Origin: Rickettsiales bacterium
Lineage (GTDB): Bacteria > Pseudomonadota > Alphaproteobacteria > UBA8366
Assembly (NCBI GenBank): GCA_002724555.1
Contig: PBOZ01000059.1
Location: 23 to 64,022, forward strand
Direction of reading: 5' to 3'
DNA length: 64,000 nt
Shown: in pieces, positions 26,588 through 35,494 of the stretch
Layout of the letters: every line of letters starts with the position of its first letter
Numbering within the stretch: position 1 is the first letter of the stretch
Program-made: the position numbers and the translations under genes
Notes under the pieces: generated by a model
Told to the model about the DNA's origin: nothing
Seen by the model: the letters and a program-made list of their open reading frames with translations, nothing else
The model's database searches: none

Positions 26588-27340
26588 CTAATTGATTAGT
26601 GCTATCATACCCATGACCAAGACCAAAGCGACCACAAAGCGCCGGAAAACGGTCTCAGAGATGCCTCTGAAGTTGCGTTTGCCGACCCAAATGCCGCACA
26701 TGTAGACCGGCGACAAGAGCAAGCTGAGGAAGAGTGCGTCTACGCTAAGGAGGCCAAAAATTGCAAAAATGGCGAGGCGGAGCCCAGTCGCAAATGCGAA
26801 GTAGGCGATGATGCCAGCTCGTGTCTGTGACGCGTTGCTGCCTTGTGCGATTAAGAACATTACGATTGGCGGGCCGCCAAGGCTCGCAATTCCGCTACAA
26901 AAACCGCTCACTGTGCCAATAGCGGCGCTTAAGCCTGTCGTAACTTCACCATTATAGCGCCAACCGGTCGCAATCATAGCGCCAAAGACTATAACTATTC
27001 CGGCAATCGACTGGCGGATGAGAGTTACATCCAGGACGGCAAGGGCCCAGGCCCCAATGGGTATTGTAACGGCTGCAGCGAAACACAGTGGCGCCAAATT
27101 ATTCCAGTCAGCATCTCGAACCGCTGTCCGCGCGAGCTGAAGTACGCCCGGAACCTCGATAAGTGACATTATTACGACAGCCGGAACGGGGCCGTAGACG
27201 AGGGTTAAGGCCGGCACAATGATCAAGGCCGCGCCGAAACCTGCAAACCCGCGGGAAAGGCCGCCGATAAAAATAGCGCCGACCGCAAGACCCAGCATGG
27301 GGTCAAAGGAAATCAATGCATCGGTTTTAATTTCCAGCAT
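26588..27340 (-). CDS. TauE/SafE-family anion (sulfite/organosulfonate) exporter
   Basis: 250 aa, very hydrophobic polytopic protein. GGLSRGFAGFGAALIIVPAL and GIASLGGPPIVMFL are typical of the TauE/SafE (DUF81) family. The start overlaps the FMO stop by 14 nt. Confidence 0.8.
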   Translation of the reverse strand: MLEIKTDALISFDPMLGLAVGAIFIGGLSRGFAGFGAALIIVPALTLVYGPVPAVVIMSLIEVPGVLQLARTAVRDADWNNLAPLCFAAAVTIPIGAWALAVLDVTLIRQSIAGIVIVFGAMIATGWRYNGEVTTGLSAAIGTVSGFCSGIASLGGPPIVMFLIAQGSNASQTRAGIIAYFAFATGLRLAIFAIFGLLSVDALFLSLLLSPVYMCGIWVGKRNFRGISETVFRRFVVALVLVMGMIALIN

Positions 27341-28685
27341 TCCGCCGCATCGATTTTAACGACTTCTTCAACTCCTGGATATATGGCACATGTTCTTCTT
27401 CGATCGTATGGCGAGGAGAATCTCGATAGTATTTTTTTACCCAGTCCGCCTTGCGTTTTATGTCTGCTTCCATCTCCGGGACAGGCGGCAATTTTGCTTC
27501 GCCGAGCTCAATGTCGAGAACCCAGCGCGCTTGGTGTTCATAGACCATGTTGAGCGCAGAATCGAGATTGAAGAAACCCATCAGATAGAGGCCAGGCCAA
27601 TCGGGGCGGGTCATCCTTTTGAAAAGATCAAGACGGTTGTTTTTCAACGGAACGATCTCACGGGAGATGAATGGTAGGTCGATCAGATAGCCCGTCGCGG
27701 TGATGAGTGTATCGAACTCCTCTGCTGTGCCATCGACGAAATAAATCCTCTGCCCTTCAATTCTTTCTACGCCTTGTTTAACCGCAATTCTGTTATATGC
27801 GATATCTGTCACGATAGTCCCATTGCTCGTAACATGAGCGCGGCTGTCCATCGGCTTGAAGCCAAGTTTTGTCATGCTGCCATGTGCTAACCACGTCAGT
27901 AAACGGGTTAGGCGCCGACGTAAGCCGCTCGGTATCCAAGGCCGTTGAATTTTTCGGGTGATATCTGTAAACGGCATTCCAAAGAGTAGCTTTGGCAGAA
28001 TGAGAACGCCCGATCGCGCGACCAAGACGCATCGCTTAGCGGTCGCACAAACGTCCCCGGAAATGTCACAGGCTGAGTTACCGACACCGATAATGCAGAT
28101 TCGCTTGCCAACATAGGGCTCCGGTTCACGGTAATAGTGGGCATGCAAATATTCGCCTTTGAAGTCACTCTGGAACATTGGCACATGCATAGGAACCGAC
28201 AGGTGGCCAGTTGCGGCGATTACTGTGTCAAATACCTCGCTCGTACCGTTTTCGAACGTGAGTTTCCAGAGGGGCGCCTCGGTCTTTGGGTCGAACAGAG
28301 GGCTCACATTTGTGACTTTGGTTTTGTAGCGGATCAGTTTGGCAATATCAAAGTGTTTGGCGTATTTGACCAGATACTCATGCATATCTTTGTGATCCGG
28401 AAAGAACTGGACATGTGGGCCAAAATCCAAGTCGTGAAAGCGTGTTACGTCTCGGGAAGTGTTAATATGTAAGGTGCGATATGCGGATGAACGCTGGTTG
28501 TCGTTTTCGTAGCACCACATGCCACCGATCTGCGTGCCAATTTCAAATATTGTTACGTTCAGGCCAGCTTGCGTTAGGAATTTCGCAGCACAAAGTCCGC
28601 ATGCGCCGGCTCCGATTACCGCTATGTGTTTGTCCTTCGGGTCTTTGGTATTGTTTTTTTCTGCGATGTGAACTGGTTGTTTCAT
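27327..28685 (-). CDS. flavin-containing monooxygenase (class B FMO-like)
   Basis: FAD motif IAVIGAGACGLCAA, FMO-identifying motif FKGEYLHAHYY (FxGxxxHxxxY), second dinucleotide motif IIGVGNSACD. The ORF-track start 28808 would overlap the divergent gene, so ATG 28685 (MKQPVHIAEK...) is preferred. Confidence 0.8.
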   Translation of the reverse strand: MKQPVHIAEKNNTKDPKDKHIAVIGAGACGLCAAKFLTQAGLNVTIFEIGTQIGGMWCYENDNQRSSAYRTLHINTSRDVTRFHDLDFGPHVQFFPDHKDMHEYLVKYAKHFDIAKLIRYKTKVTNVSPLFDPKTEAPLWKLTFENGTSEVFDTVIAATGHLSVPMHVPMFQSDFKGEYLHAHYYREPEPYVGKRICIIGVGNSACDISGDVCATAKRCVLVARSGVLILPKLLFGMPFTDITRKIQRPWIPSGLRRRLTRLLTWLAHGSMTKLGFKPMDSRAHVTSNGTIVTDIAYNRIAVKQGVERIEGQRIYFVDGTAEEFDTLITATGYLIDLPFISREIVPLKNNRLDLFKRMTRPDWPGLYLMGFFNLDSALNMVYEHQARWVLDIELGEAKLPPVPEMEADIKRKADWVKKYYRDSPRHTIEEEHVPYIQELKKSLKSMRRNAGN

Positions 28686-28800
28686 GACGCTAATATGACG
28701 CGCTTGGTGCCGGTGGTCCAATAGTGTCCTGAAATTATTTATGGGGCTTGCGAGAATGATACAAACCGATAGTTTTCTGCGCAAAGGGGGGACCATTTTT

Positions 28801-29835
28801 ATGGACAAGAACCGCCAAGTATTGCTTGCGAGCCGCCCGAATGGGGCGCCAACTGCTGAAAATTTTGAGCTTGCTGAAGTTGATATTCCGAAGCCGGGTG
28901 AGAAGGAAATGCTATTACGTACGGTTTACCTCTCACTTGACCCTTATATGCGTGGGCGAATGAATTCGGAAAAATCTTATGCTGAGCCGGTGCCAGTTGG
29001 CGGTGTGATGGAGGGCGGTACAGTAAGTGTTGTAGAGCAGTCGAACGATGGCAAGTTCCAGGAAGGTGATGTCCTCGTAGGGCGTTGTGGCTGGCAAGAT
29101 TACGCTGTCTCTGACGGCTCATCACTTAGTAAGGTAGATCCGGCCGTGGCGCCGATATCGACAGCGCTAGGCGTCCTGGGGATGCCGGGCATGACCGCTT
29201 ATTCAGGCTTACTACGCCTCGGCAAGCCAAAAGAGGGCGAAACTGTGGTTGTTGCGGCCGCGTCAGGCGCAGTTGGCGCCAATGTGGGTCAAATTGCTAA
29301 GATCAAAGGCTGTCGCGCAGTTGGGGTCGCTGGCGGTAAGGAAAAATGTGAATTCGTGGTCGGAGAACTTGGCTTTGATGCTTGTATAGACCACCGGGCA
29401 GATGATTTCGAAGTTCAACTTGCCGCTGCTTGTCCTGACGGTATAGACATTTATTTCGAGAACGTTGCTGGCCGTGTCTTAGAAGCTGTTATCCCGCTCT
29501 TCAACTTTTGGGCACGTATGCCCGTTTGCGGTCTCATCTCACAATATAATATGCAGGATTTGCCGCATGGTACGAATATGCTGCCCGCCCTTATGCGCGC
29601 TGTTCTGACCTATCGTTTGCATATCGAAGGGTTTATTGTTCGTGACTTCGCTGATATGCACGCTGATTTTCAACGGGATATGAGCCGCTGGGTCCGTGAA
29701 GGTAAGGTTAAATATAAGGAACATTGCGTCGCGGGCTTGGAAAACGCTCCGGCAACTCTGATGGGCTTGCTCCGGGGGGAGAATTTTGGGAAGGTGGTGA
29801 TTGAAGTCTCGGAGGACCCGACGGCCAAGTTATAG
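28801..29835 (+). CDS. NADP-dependent medium-chain oxidoreductase (alkenal/one reductase, YncB/CurA-like)
   Basis: ATG 28801 preceded by AAAGGGGGG. LLRTVYLSLDPYMRGRM and AAASGAVGANVGQIAKIKGCRAVGVAGG are typical of the PTGR1/YncB group. Confidence 0.8.
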   Translation: MDKNRQVLLASRPNGAPTAENFELAEVDIPKPGEKEMLLRTVYLSLDPYMRGRMNSEKSYAEPVPVGGVMEGGTVSVVEQSNDGKFQEGDVLVGRCGWQDYAVSDGSSLSKVDPAVAPISTALGVLGMPGMTAYSGLLRLGKPKEGETVVVAAASGAVGANVGQIAKIKGCRAVGVAGGKEKCEFVVGELGFDACIDHRADDFEVQLAAACPDGIDIYFENVAGRVLEAVIPLFNFWARMPVCGLISQYNMQDLPHGTNMLPALMRAVLTYRLHIEGFIVRDFADMHADFQRDMSRWVREGKVKYKEHCVAGLENAPATLMGLLRGENFGKVVIEVSEDPTAKL

Positions 29836-30086
29836 CCTGGTACTTTAGTGGAAAAATACAAAAATATCAGATAACTCTGGCGTTCAGGTTTTTTTTAGGT
29901 TGTTTTTAAACACCGTTCAGTGTTCCTCACCGGCGCCTGTATTGATTTTGCTATATAGATTCCTTTGCTGTTGTAACCTCCCGCACTACTCCGTTGTGCG
30001 TAAACAGCAAAGACACTTCCCAGTTAAAGATGGTCGACCGGTCTAGAACAAAGAAATTTTCCGAATATTGGATGCGCAGGGTCTTA

Positions 30087-31214
30087 TTATCCAATGTCAA
30101 TTTTTTTGCGCGTTTCGTTGAGGACAGTAATGGTGCCGCTGACCAATTCCCCCATAATCTGTTTCGCGGTTTTGCGTTCCGTGATCATGCCAGAAATTTG
30201 ACCGGCGGGATTCATGTGAAGTTCAAGTTTTCCAGCGGCAGCCACAGATTCGTTAAAGTCATCAGTGATAACCCGCTGGTATGGCAATGGTAATGGATCT
30301 AGGCCAGAGGCCTCCCAAGCCTTAATGTAGTCATTGCCAAAAAGACGCGACGGTTTACCGGTATACCAACGTTGCGGATCGAACTGCTGACTGTGGCCAT
30401 CGATTATTTGCTGTTTGTTCTCCTCGTGAGTTTCACCTTCTTCGGCAACAATAAATGCGGTACCAATCCAGACGCCGATAGCGCCCAAGGAGAGCGCTGC
30501 CGCGATACCCCGTCCATCTGCGATGCCACCCGCTCCGACCACCGGGATAGGTGCCACAGCGTCCACGACTTGCGGGATCAGTGGGAAACTAGCGATCTTA
30601 CCGGTATGTCCGCCCGCTTCATAGCCTTGTGCGATGACGATATCGCATCCGGCGGCGGCTTGGCGCTCGGCATTGCGTGGAGAGCCAACAAGACCGACAA
30701 CGGTCATTCCCTTTTCTCGCGCCATGGGTACAACCCAACTTGGGTCTCCCAGCCCGGCTGCAAAAACTTGAACGTCTTCTTCTAATACAACATCCACCTG
30801 TGCTCGAGTTTGATCGACGGAGACAACGGTCTCGCTTTGGACCAGAACTTCCTCAACGCCATATTTGGCTAGTTGTTCACGCATAAGGGCATAGTGTTTA
30901 GGATAGTCTCGCTCAATCTGTTGGCGGAGCATGGTGCGTGTAGGCTCTGCATTGGTATCTAGATTGACTGGCAGTAGAAGGTCCACACCTATCGGTTTGT
31001 CAGTTAACTTCCGCGTCTCGCGAATTTTCTGACGAATGGTTTCAGGCTCTAATCCAGCTCCGCCAATGACACCCATTCCACCAGCATTTGAGACGGCAGC
31101 AACGAGAGCCGGGGGTGTTGCTTTTCCCATCGAGCCCATGCCGGCCAGCATAATCGGGTATTCGATTTCTAGTATATCGCAGAGTTCGGTCCGGAAAGTT
31201 GGTCGATCGTTCAT
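30087..31214 (-). CDS. nitronate monooxygenase (NMO/2-nitropropane dioxygenase family)
   Basis: 375 aa. IEYPIMLAGMGSMG, GGMGVIGGAG, IVIAQGYEAGGHTG and VVGAGGIADGRG are NMO-family FMN-binding blocks. Confidence 0.85.
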   Translation of the reverse strand: MNDRPTFRTELCDILEIEYPIMLAGMGSMGKATPPALVAAVSNAGGMGVIGGAGLEPETIRQKIRETRKLTDKPIGVDLLLPVNLDTNAEPTRTMLRQQIERDYPKHYALMREQLAKYGVEEVLVQSETVVSVDQTRAQVDVVLEEDVQVFAAGLGDPSWVVPMAREKGMTVVGLVGSPRNAERQAAAGCDIVIAQGYEAGGHTGKIASFPLIPQVVDAVAPIPVVGAGGIADGRGIAAALSLGAIGVWIGTAFIVAEEGETHEENKQQIIDGHSQQFDPQRWYTGKPSRLFGNDYIKAWEASGLDPLPLPYQRVITDDFNESVAAAGKLELHMNPAGQISGMITERKTAKQIMGELVSGTITVLNETRKKIDIG

Positions 31215-31226
31215 CTCAAAGAAACT

Positions 31227-31616
31227 CTATTTGTGGGGAATTTTTGCCACGGCTTCGATCTCGATTAAAGCCCCAGGACGGAGTAAATCGGCGACGATGA
31301 CGCCAGTTGCAGTTGGGTAGGGTTCCTTGAAATATTTTTTTCGGACCTCGCCTGTACCTCTATAGCCTTCGATTGTAGTTATGAAATCAGTGGTTTTCAC
31401 TACGTCGTTGTAGCTACATTCGGCAGCCTCAAGAATTTCGCCCATGCGATTAAGAATATAATCGGTCTGACCGCAAATATCACCGGGACAGACGATGTCT
31501 CCACTCTCTCCACTTGCGGTCATGCCAGAGATATAAAGCCATCCGTCTCGTTCAATTCCTGGCGAAAACGTATATTTTGCAAAATGTGACCAGCCTGGAT
31601 CGATTTTCTTATTCAT
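31227..31616 (-). CDS. RidA/YjgF-family protein (reactive enamine/imine deaminase family)
   Basis: 129 aa. LYISGMTA, DVVKTTDFIT and PTATGVIVADLLRPGALIEIEAVA match the RidA fold signature. Lies 12 nt upstream of the NMO gene. Confidence 0.8.
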   Translation of the reverse strand: MNKKIDPGWSHFAKYTFSPGIERDGWLYISGMTASGESGDIVCPGDICGQTDYILNRMGEILEAAECSYNDVVKTTDFITTIEGYRGTGEVRKKYFKEPYPTATGVIVADLLRPGALIEIEAVAKIPHK

Positions 31617-31724
31617 GATCAGCCTTCTTTATAGTTTTAAACAAATTTAGTGCGGTCCCACCTGTTCGCCATTCCTGTAGGACCTAACTTCCAATCAAAT
31701 GAAATCGGAGATCGTGGTACGGAT

Positions 31725-32468
31725 ATGACACTTGATGGGAAAACTGCTTTCGTATCTGGCTCGGGCCATAATATTGGACGTGCCATTGTACTCGAATTTG
31801 CGGGCAGGGGCGCGAATGTGGTGGTCAATGGTCTGACTGACGAAGAAAGTGCCCAGAAAGTCGCTGACGAGGCCCGTAGCCTTGGGGTGGGCGCGATGGT
31901 CTCTATGGGAAATATCGGTGACAATCGGCAGGTTCAAGAGATGGCCAAGGCCGCAGTGAAGCAATTTGGCGGTGTTGACATAGTTGTTAACAATGCTGCC
32001 ATTCGGCCATTTAAGCCCTTTCTCGAGATGGACGAAGAGTTTTGGCACAATGTTATTGCGGTCGACATGAACTCAGCCTTCTTCACAGGTCAGGCGTTTG
32101 TGCCGGGTATGGTTGAGAAGGGCTGGGGTCGGATTATCAACATTACTGGCATGAACGCTATGCATGGTTACAATGGGCGTTGTCCCGTTTCCGCTGCGAA
32201 GCATGGCCTATGGGGTATTACTAAATCGATGGCGAAAGAGTTCGGCCCAAAAGGACTTACCGTTAATGCAATTTCGCCTGGGCCTATCGAAGGCGACTAT
32301 CGAGACGAAGAGATGGGGGCGCATATTCGGGAACAGGAAAAACTGATCCCACTGGGTCATCTTGGTAAACCGATGCACATCGCCGGGCTATGCGGGTTTC
32401 TAGTGTCTGAAGAGGGGGGCTTCGTTTCCGGACAGATGATCGCTTGTAACGGCGCGACTCAAACGTAG
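31725..32468 (+). CDS. SDR-family protein with non-canonical catalytic positions
   Basis: GKTAFVSGSGHNIGRAIV (TGxxxGIG-like), NNAA, then IINITGMNAMHGYNGRCPVSAAKHG where classical SDRs have ..SS..........YxxxK. ATG 31725 is chosen over the ORF-track 31650 because homology starts there. Confidence 0.75.
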   Translation: MTLDGKTAFVSGSGHNIGRAIVLEFAGRGANVVVNGLTDEESAQKVADEARSLGVGAMVSMGNIGDNRQVQEMAKAAVKQFGGVDIVVNNAAIRPFKPFLEMDEEFWHNVIAVDMNSAFFTGQAFVPGMVEKGWGRIINITGMNAMHGYNGRCPVSAAKHGLWGITKSMAKEFGPKGLTVNAISPGPIEGDYRDEEMGAHIREQEKLIPLGHLGKPMHIAGLCGFLVSEEGGFVSGQMIACNGATQT

Positions 32469-32569
32469 TTATTTCCGAATTCTTGTTGTACTAAGCTTCC
32501 TCGGAGATATGTCAGAAGATTAGTCTGAAAAGGAAAAATAACTAAATACTATCTCGGCAGAATTTTCGT

Positions 32570-33490
32570 ATGGATCTAATTCTTCACCATTACGATTTCT
32601 CGAACTACGCAGAGAAGGTGCGGCTAGCACTTGGTTTTAAAGGCTTTGATTGGTATTCGGTCATTATTCCATCGACGGCACCCAAGCCAGAACTGACGCC
32701 GCTCACTGGCGGATACCGCCGCACACCGGTGCTACAAATCGGTGCTGATATTTTTTGCGACACACGACGGATTATGCTCGAGCTGGAGCGCCTACAACCG
32801 GAACCCACATTCTATCCACCGGGACTGGGAGAGATGGCGAATATGATTTCTTATTGGGCGGAAAACCAATTGTTTCGGCCGATATCGCTCTACGTATCAG
32901 GAAGCAATCTTGATGTTTTGCCCAACAACTTGCAGGCTGACCGTTCCCGGATGCGGGGCATGCCCGAACCTAGTCCAGAAACCGTCTGTCGGGCTGGAAA
33001 CCGAAACGCGCCTCTCGCACGCCTTCAGATCAATTGGGTAGATAGCCTCTTCGCGGACGGCCGCGACTGGGCTGCTGGGGCAGCGGTAACGGTTGCCGAT
33101 TTTGCTCTATATCATGCGCTCTGGTTCCTGACCGCACGGACGGACCGCCTAGCATTTGAACTGGAAAATTGTTTGCACATCCAATCTTGGATGGCGCGGA
33201 TAGAGCAATTTGGGCATGGTGCACGGCATGAAATATCTGCGCAAATGGCTTTAGATGCCGCAGCAGAAGCTGAGCCGATTGGGAATTATCACTATGATAC
33301 CTTTAATGAAGATCCTCCACGCGGTGCTCAGGTCCGTGTCCGGGCTGACGACTATGGTCGCGATCCAGTCGAAGGAGAACTTGTGGAACTGGGTCCAGAA
33401 AAGATCGGTGTGCGCCGCTGGGACCAGAGAGCTAGCAACATTGTTGTCCACTTTCCACGATTGGGATATGACCTCAGGGCAATTCGGTGA
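32570..33490 (+). CDS. glutathione S-transferase-family protein with extra C-terminal domain
   Basis: 306 aa. Thioredoxin-like N-domain (ILHHYDFSNYAEKVRLALGFKG...TPVLQIGADIFCDT), an alpha-helical GST C-domain, and about 75 additional residues. Confidence 0.7.
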   Translation: MDLILHHYDFSNYAEKVRLALGFKGFDWYSVIIPSTAPKPELTPLTGGYRRTPVLQIGADIFCDTRRIMLELERLQPEPTFYPPGLGEMANMISYWAENQLFRPISLYVSGSNLDVLPNNLQADRSRMRGMPEPSPETVCRAGNRNAPLARLQINWVDSLFADGRDWAAGAAVTVADFALYHALWFLTARTDRLAFELENCLHIQSWMARIEQFGHGARHEISAQMALDAAAEAEPIGNYHYDTFNEDPPRGAQVRVRADDYGRDPVEGELVELGPEKIGVRRWDQRASNIVVHFPRLGYDLRAIR

Positions 33491-33530
33491 CAGTATGAAT
33501 ATTAATCATTTGCAGCCTAAGAGGTGACGT

Positions 33531-33920
33531 ATGAAGGCGACCACCCAGACTGATCGTCGTGAAGAATTAGATAACCTAGCGAGCCGATTCGTTGGCGCAT
33601 TCAATCGCCAAAATCTCGACGACCTTATGTCTTATTTTGCTCCCGATGCGGTCTATGAAGACCCCTACGGGAAAAAGCATAAGACACTAGCTGATATCCG
33701 GGCGCAATTCGATGTTGTAGTCAATGGTAAGCTCGGAAAAATATCATTTGAAGCGGAAGACCGTTTCATTGACGCTGTTGCAGGTAAAGTAATGGACAGT
33801 TGGACCCTTCGCATGTGGATCGACGACGAGACGAAGGAAGAGCGCACTATGCGCGGCCTTGATCTGCTGCATTGGGATGGCGACCGTCTTATCCGAAAGA
33901 TTACATATAAGCAGGACTAG
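33531..33920 (+). CDS. SnoaL-like / NTF2-superfamily protein
   Basis: 129 aa, AGAGGTGA upstream. FVGAFNRQNLDDLMSYFAPDAVYEDPYG is the typical SnoaL-like opening. Confidence 0.7.
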   Translation: MKATTQTDRREELDNLASRFVGAFNRQNLDDLMSYFAPDAVYEDPYGKKHKTLADIRAQFDVVVNGKLGKISFEAEDRFIDAVAGKVMDSWTLRMWIDDETKEERTMRGLDLLHWDGDRLIRKITYKQD

Positions 33921-34107
33921 TCGTTTCTAAAACTTTCACTGAGAGTAAGGACAACGGTCTTGCCGGGCTTGGCAGAAGCTTTGGGAAGATTGAGTTAAAT
34001 GATGCAACCTTCAAGGGATGATTAAGTTCCGAAACTTTCCTGTATTGCACTTGCCATATTGTCTCAGTGTGGACAAAGATTCGCAGTACGCGATGAAGTG
34101 CGAGGCA

Positions 34108-34806
34108 TTAAGGAAATGAAGCTGCTGATTCGAAATTGTGGCCTAGTCCATCGAATAAATCGAGCATACGTTCGCGCCATTCGAAGATTGGATCGCCCGC
34201 TTTGATAATCGCGGCTGGAGACATTATGCGGCACCATTGGAAAGCAGCAAAGATTAAGTAGTCGGCATAGGCCGGGGCATCGCCGGCAATCCATTGTTCA
34301 GATTTAAGAATAGTGCGAAGTGGCGTGAGGGTTCGGTCGCATTGTTCAAGTGCAGCAGATTGTCCCTTTCCTATTTCTTCGAGAGTTTTGCCGAAACGCT
34401 TTTCGCGGCTCTCACGGAAGTAATGAACATCGATCGGATCAATCCTTTCGTAGATGTCTGTTAAAACGCACATGATCAAAGCTGGATGCAAAGTGGAATT
34501 GGTCCATGCATTTATAAAACCTGTCACCGCACGGCTCGCCTCACCGCCGAATAATGAAGGCCTATCTGGATAAGTTTCTTCAAGATAGTTGGCGATTTCC
34601 CAAGATTCGTTCATCGCGACATTGCCGTCAACCAAAACCGGGACGGTTTCACTGTGGGCGAATGCGATTTTATCTTTTTCGGTGAAGCGCATGGGCTCAA
34701 ACTCCGCTTCAAGCCCTTTATGGGCTAGAGCCATTCGAATTCGCCAGCAAAATGGACTAAATCGGCGGTCTTGGGCGCCGCATAGGTCGTATACTTTGAT
34801 CATCAT
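34108..34806 (-). CDS. glutathione S-transferase-family protein
   Basis: MMIKVYDLCGAQDRRFSPFCWRIRMALAHKGLEAEFEP...TVPVLVDGNVAMNESWEIANYLEE is a GST N-terminal domain. ATG 34806 is preferred over the ORF-track 34893 (GGAGGAG lies upstream). Confidence 0.75.
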   Translation of the reverse strand: MMIKVYDLCGAQDRRFSPFCWRIRMALAHKGLEAEFEPMRFTEKDKIAFAHSETVPVLVDGNVAMNESWEIANYLEETYPDRPSLFGGEASRAVTGFINAWTNSTLHPALIMCVLTDIYERIDPIDVHYFRESREKRFGKTLEEIGKGQSAALEQCDRTLTPLRTILKSEQWIAGDAPAYADYLIFAAFQWCRIMSPAAIIKAGDPIFEWRERMLDLFDGLGHNFESAASFP

Positions 34807-35140
34807 ACCATACCCCCACTCATCTCCTCCACACGTCGTCATAGCGGGCAAGTGGGATGCTGTCAAAATGGTTGGTGTCAGATGGGCCTTCACAATCTAA
34901 AAAGACGCCCTGGAATCCGGATTACAGACTCGTAAACATGAATCGGATTTCTCCAAAACCAATCTGTATTTTTGGGATATTTGTGCAATGGGGGTGTGTT
35001 TTATGCGATGTTAGAAAACTTCTGGCATAAAGTTGTTTTGTCTACGCCTTCACCCCTTGGCGAGACTGTTGAATTAAGAAAATTCCATCTAATTTGTCAC
35101 CAATTATATCTGTATATCAGGAAGCGTCCGGAGCACGACG

Positions 35141-35494
35141 ATGACGACAAGCGACATAGGAAAGATTACCGGATACCATGCCCATATTTATTACGGGCCT
35201 GAGACGCGGGACAGAGCGGTAAAAATTCGGGATGAGTTAGATGCCAAATTCCGAGGTTCCGTTCGTCTCGGCCGTTGGCATGAGAAGAATGTGGGCCCGC
35301 ACACCCGCTCCATGTATCAAGTAGCGTTCAACTGCACAATCTTTCCCGAGATTGTGCCGTGGTTAGCGTTGAACCGAAATGGGCTCGCTATCCTTGTACA
35401 CCCAGAAAGCGGCGACGGACTTGCGGATCATACAGCTCACGCGATGTGGATGGGTGAAATATTGAAAATTAATGAACTTGTCTTCGATAATTAA
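35141..35494 (+). CDS. DOPA 4,5-dioxygenase-family protein (DODA, fungal type)
   Basis: 117 aa. GYHAHIYYGPETRDRA...GPHTRSMYQVAF...LAILVHPESGD...DHTAHAMWMG matches the small histidine-rich DOPA_dioxygen family. Confidence 0.7.
   Translation: MTTSDIGKITGYHAHIYYGPETRDRAVKIRDELDAKFRGSVRLGRWHEKNVGPHTRSMYQVAFNCTIFPEIVPWLALNRNGLAILVHPESGDGLADHTAHAMWMGEILKINELVFDN

Noticed and set aside
34972-35202. 76-aa ORF upstream of and overlapping the DODA-family gene
   Set aside because: It has a non-ATG start, overlaps the DODA start in another frame, and has an odd composition (DDDD/KRHRK run). It is probably spurious.
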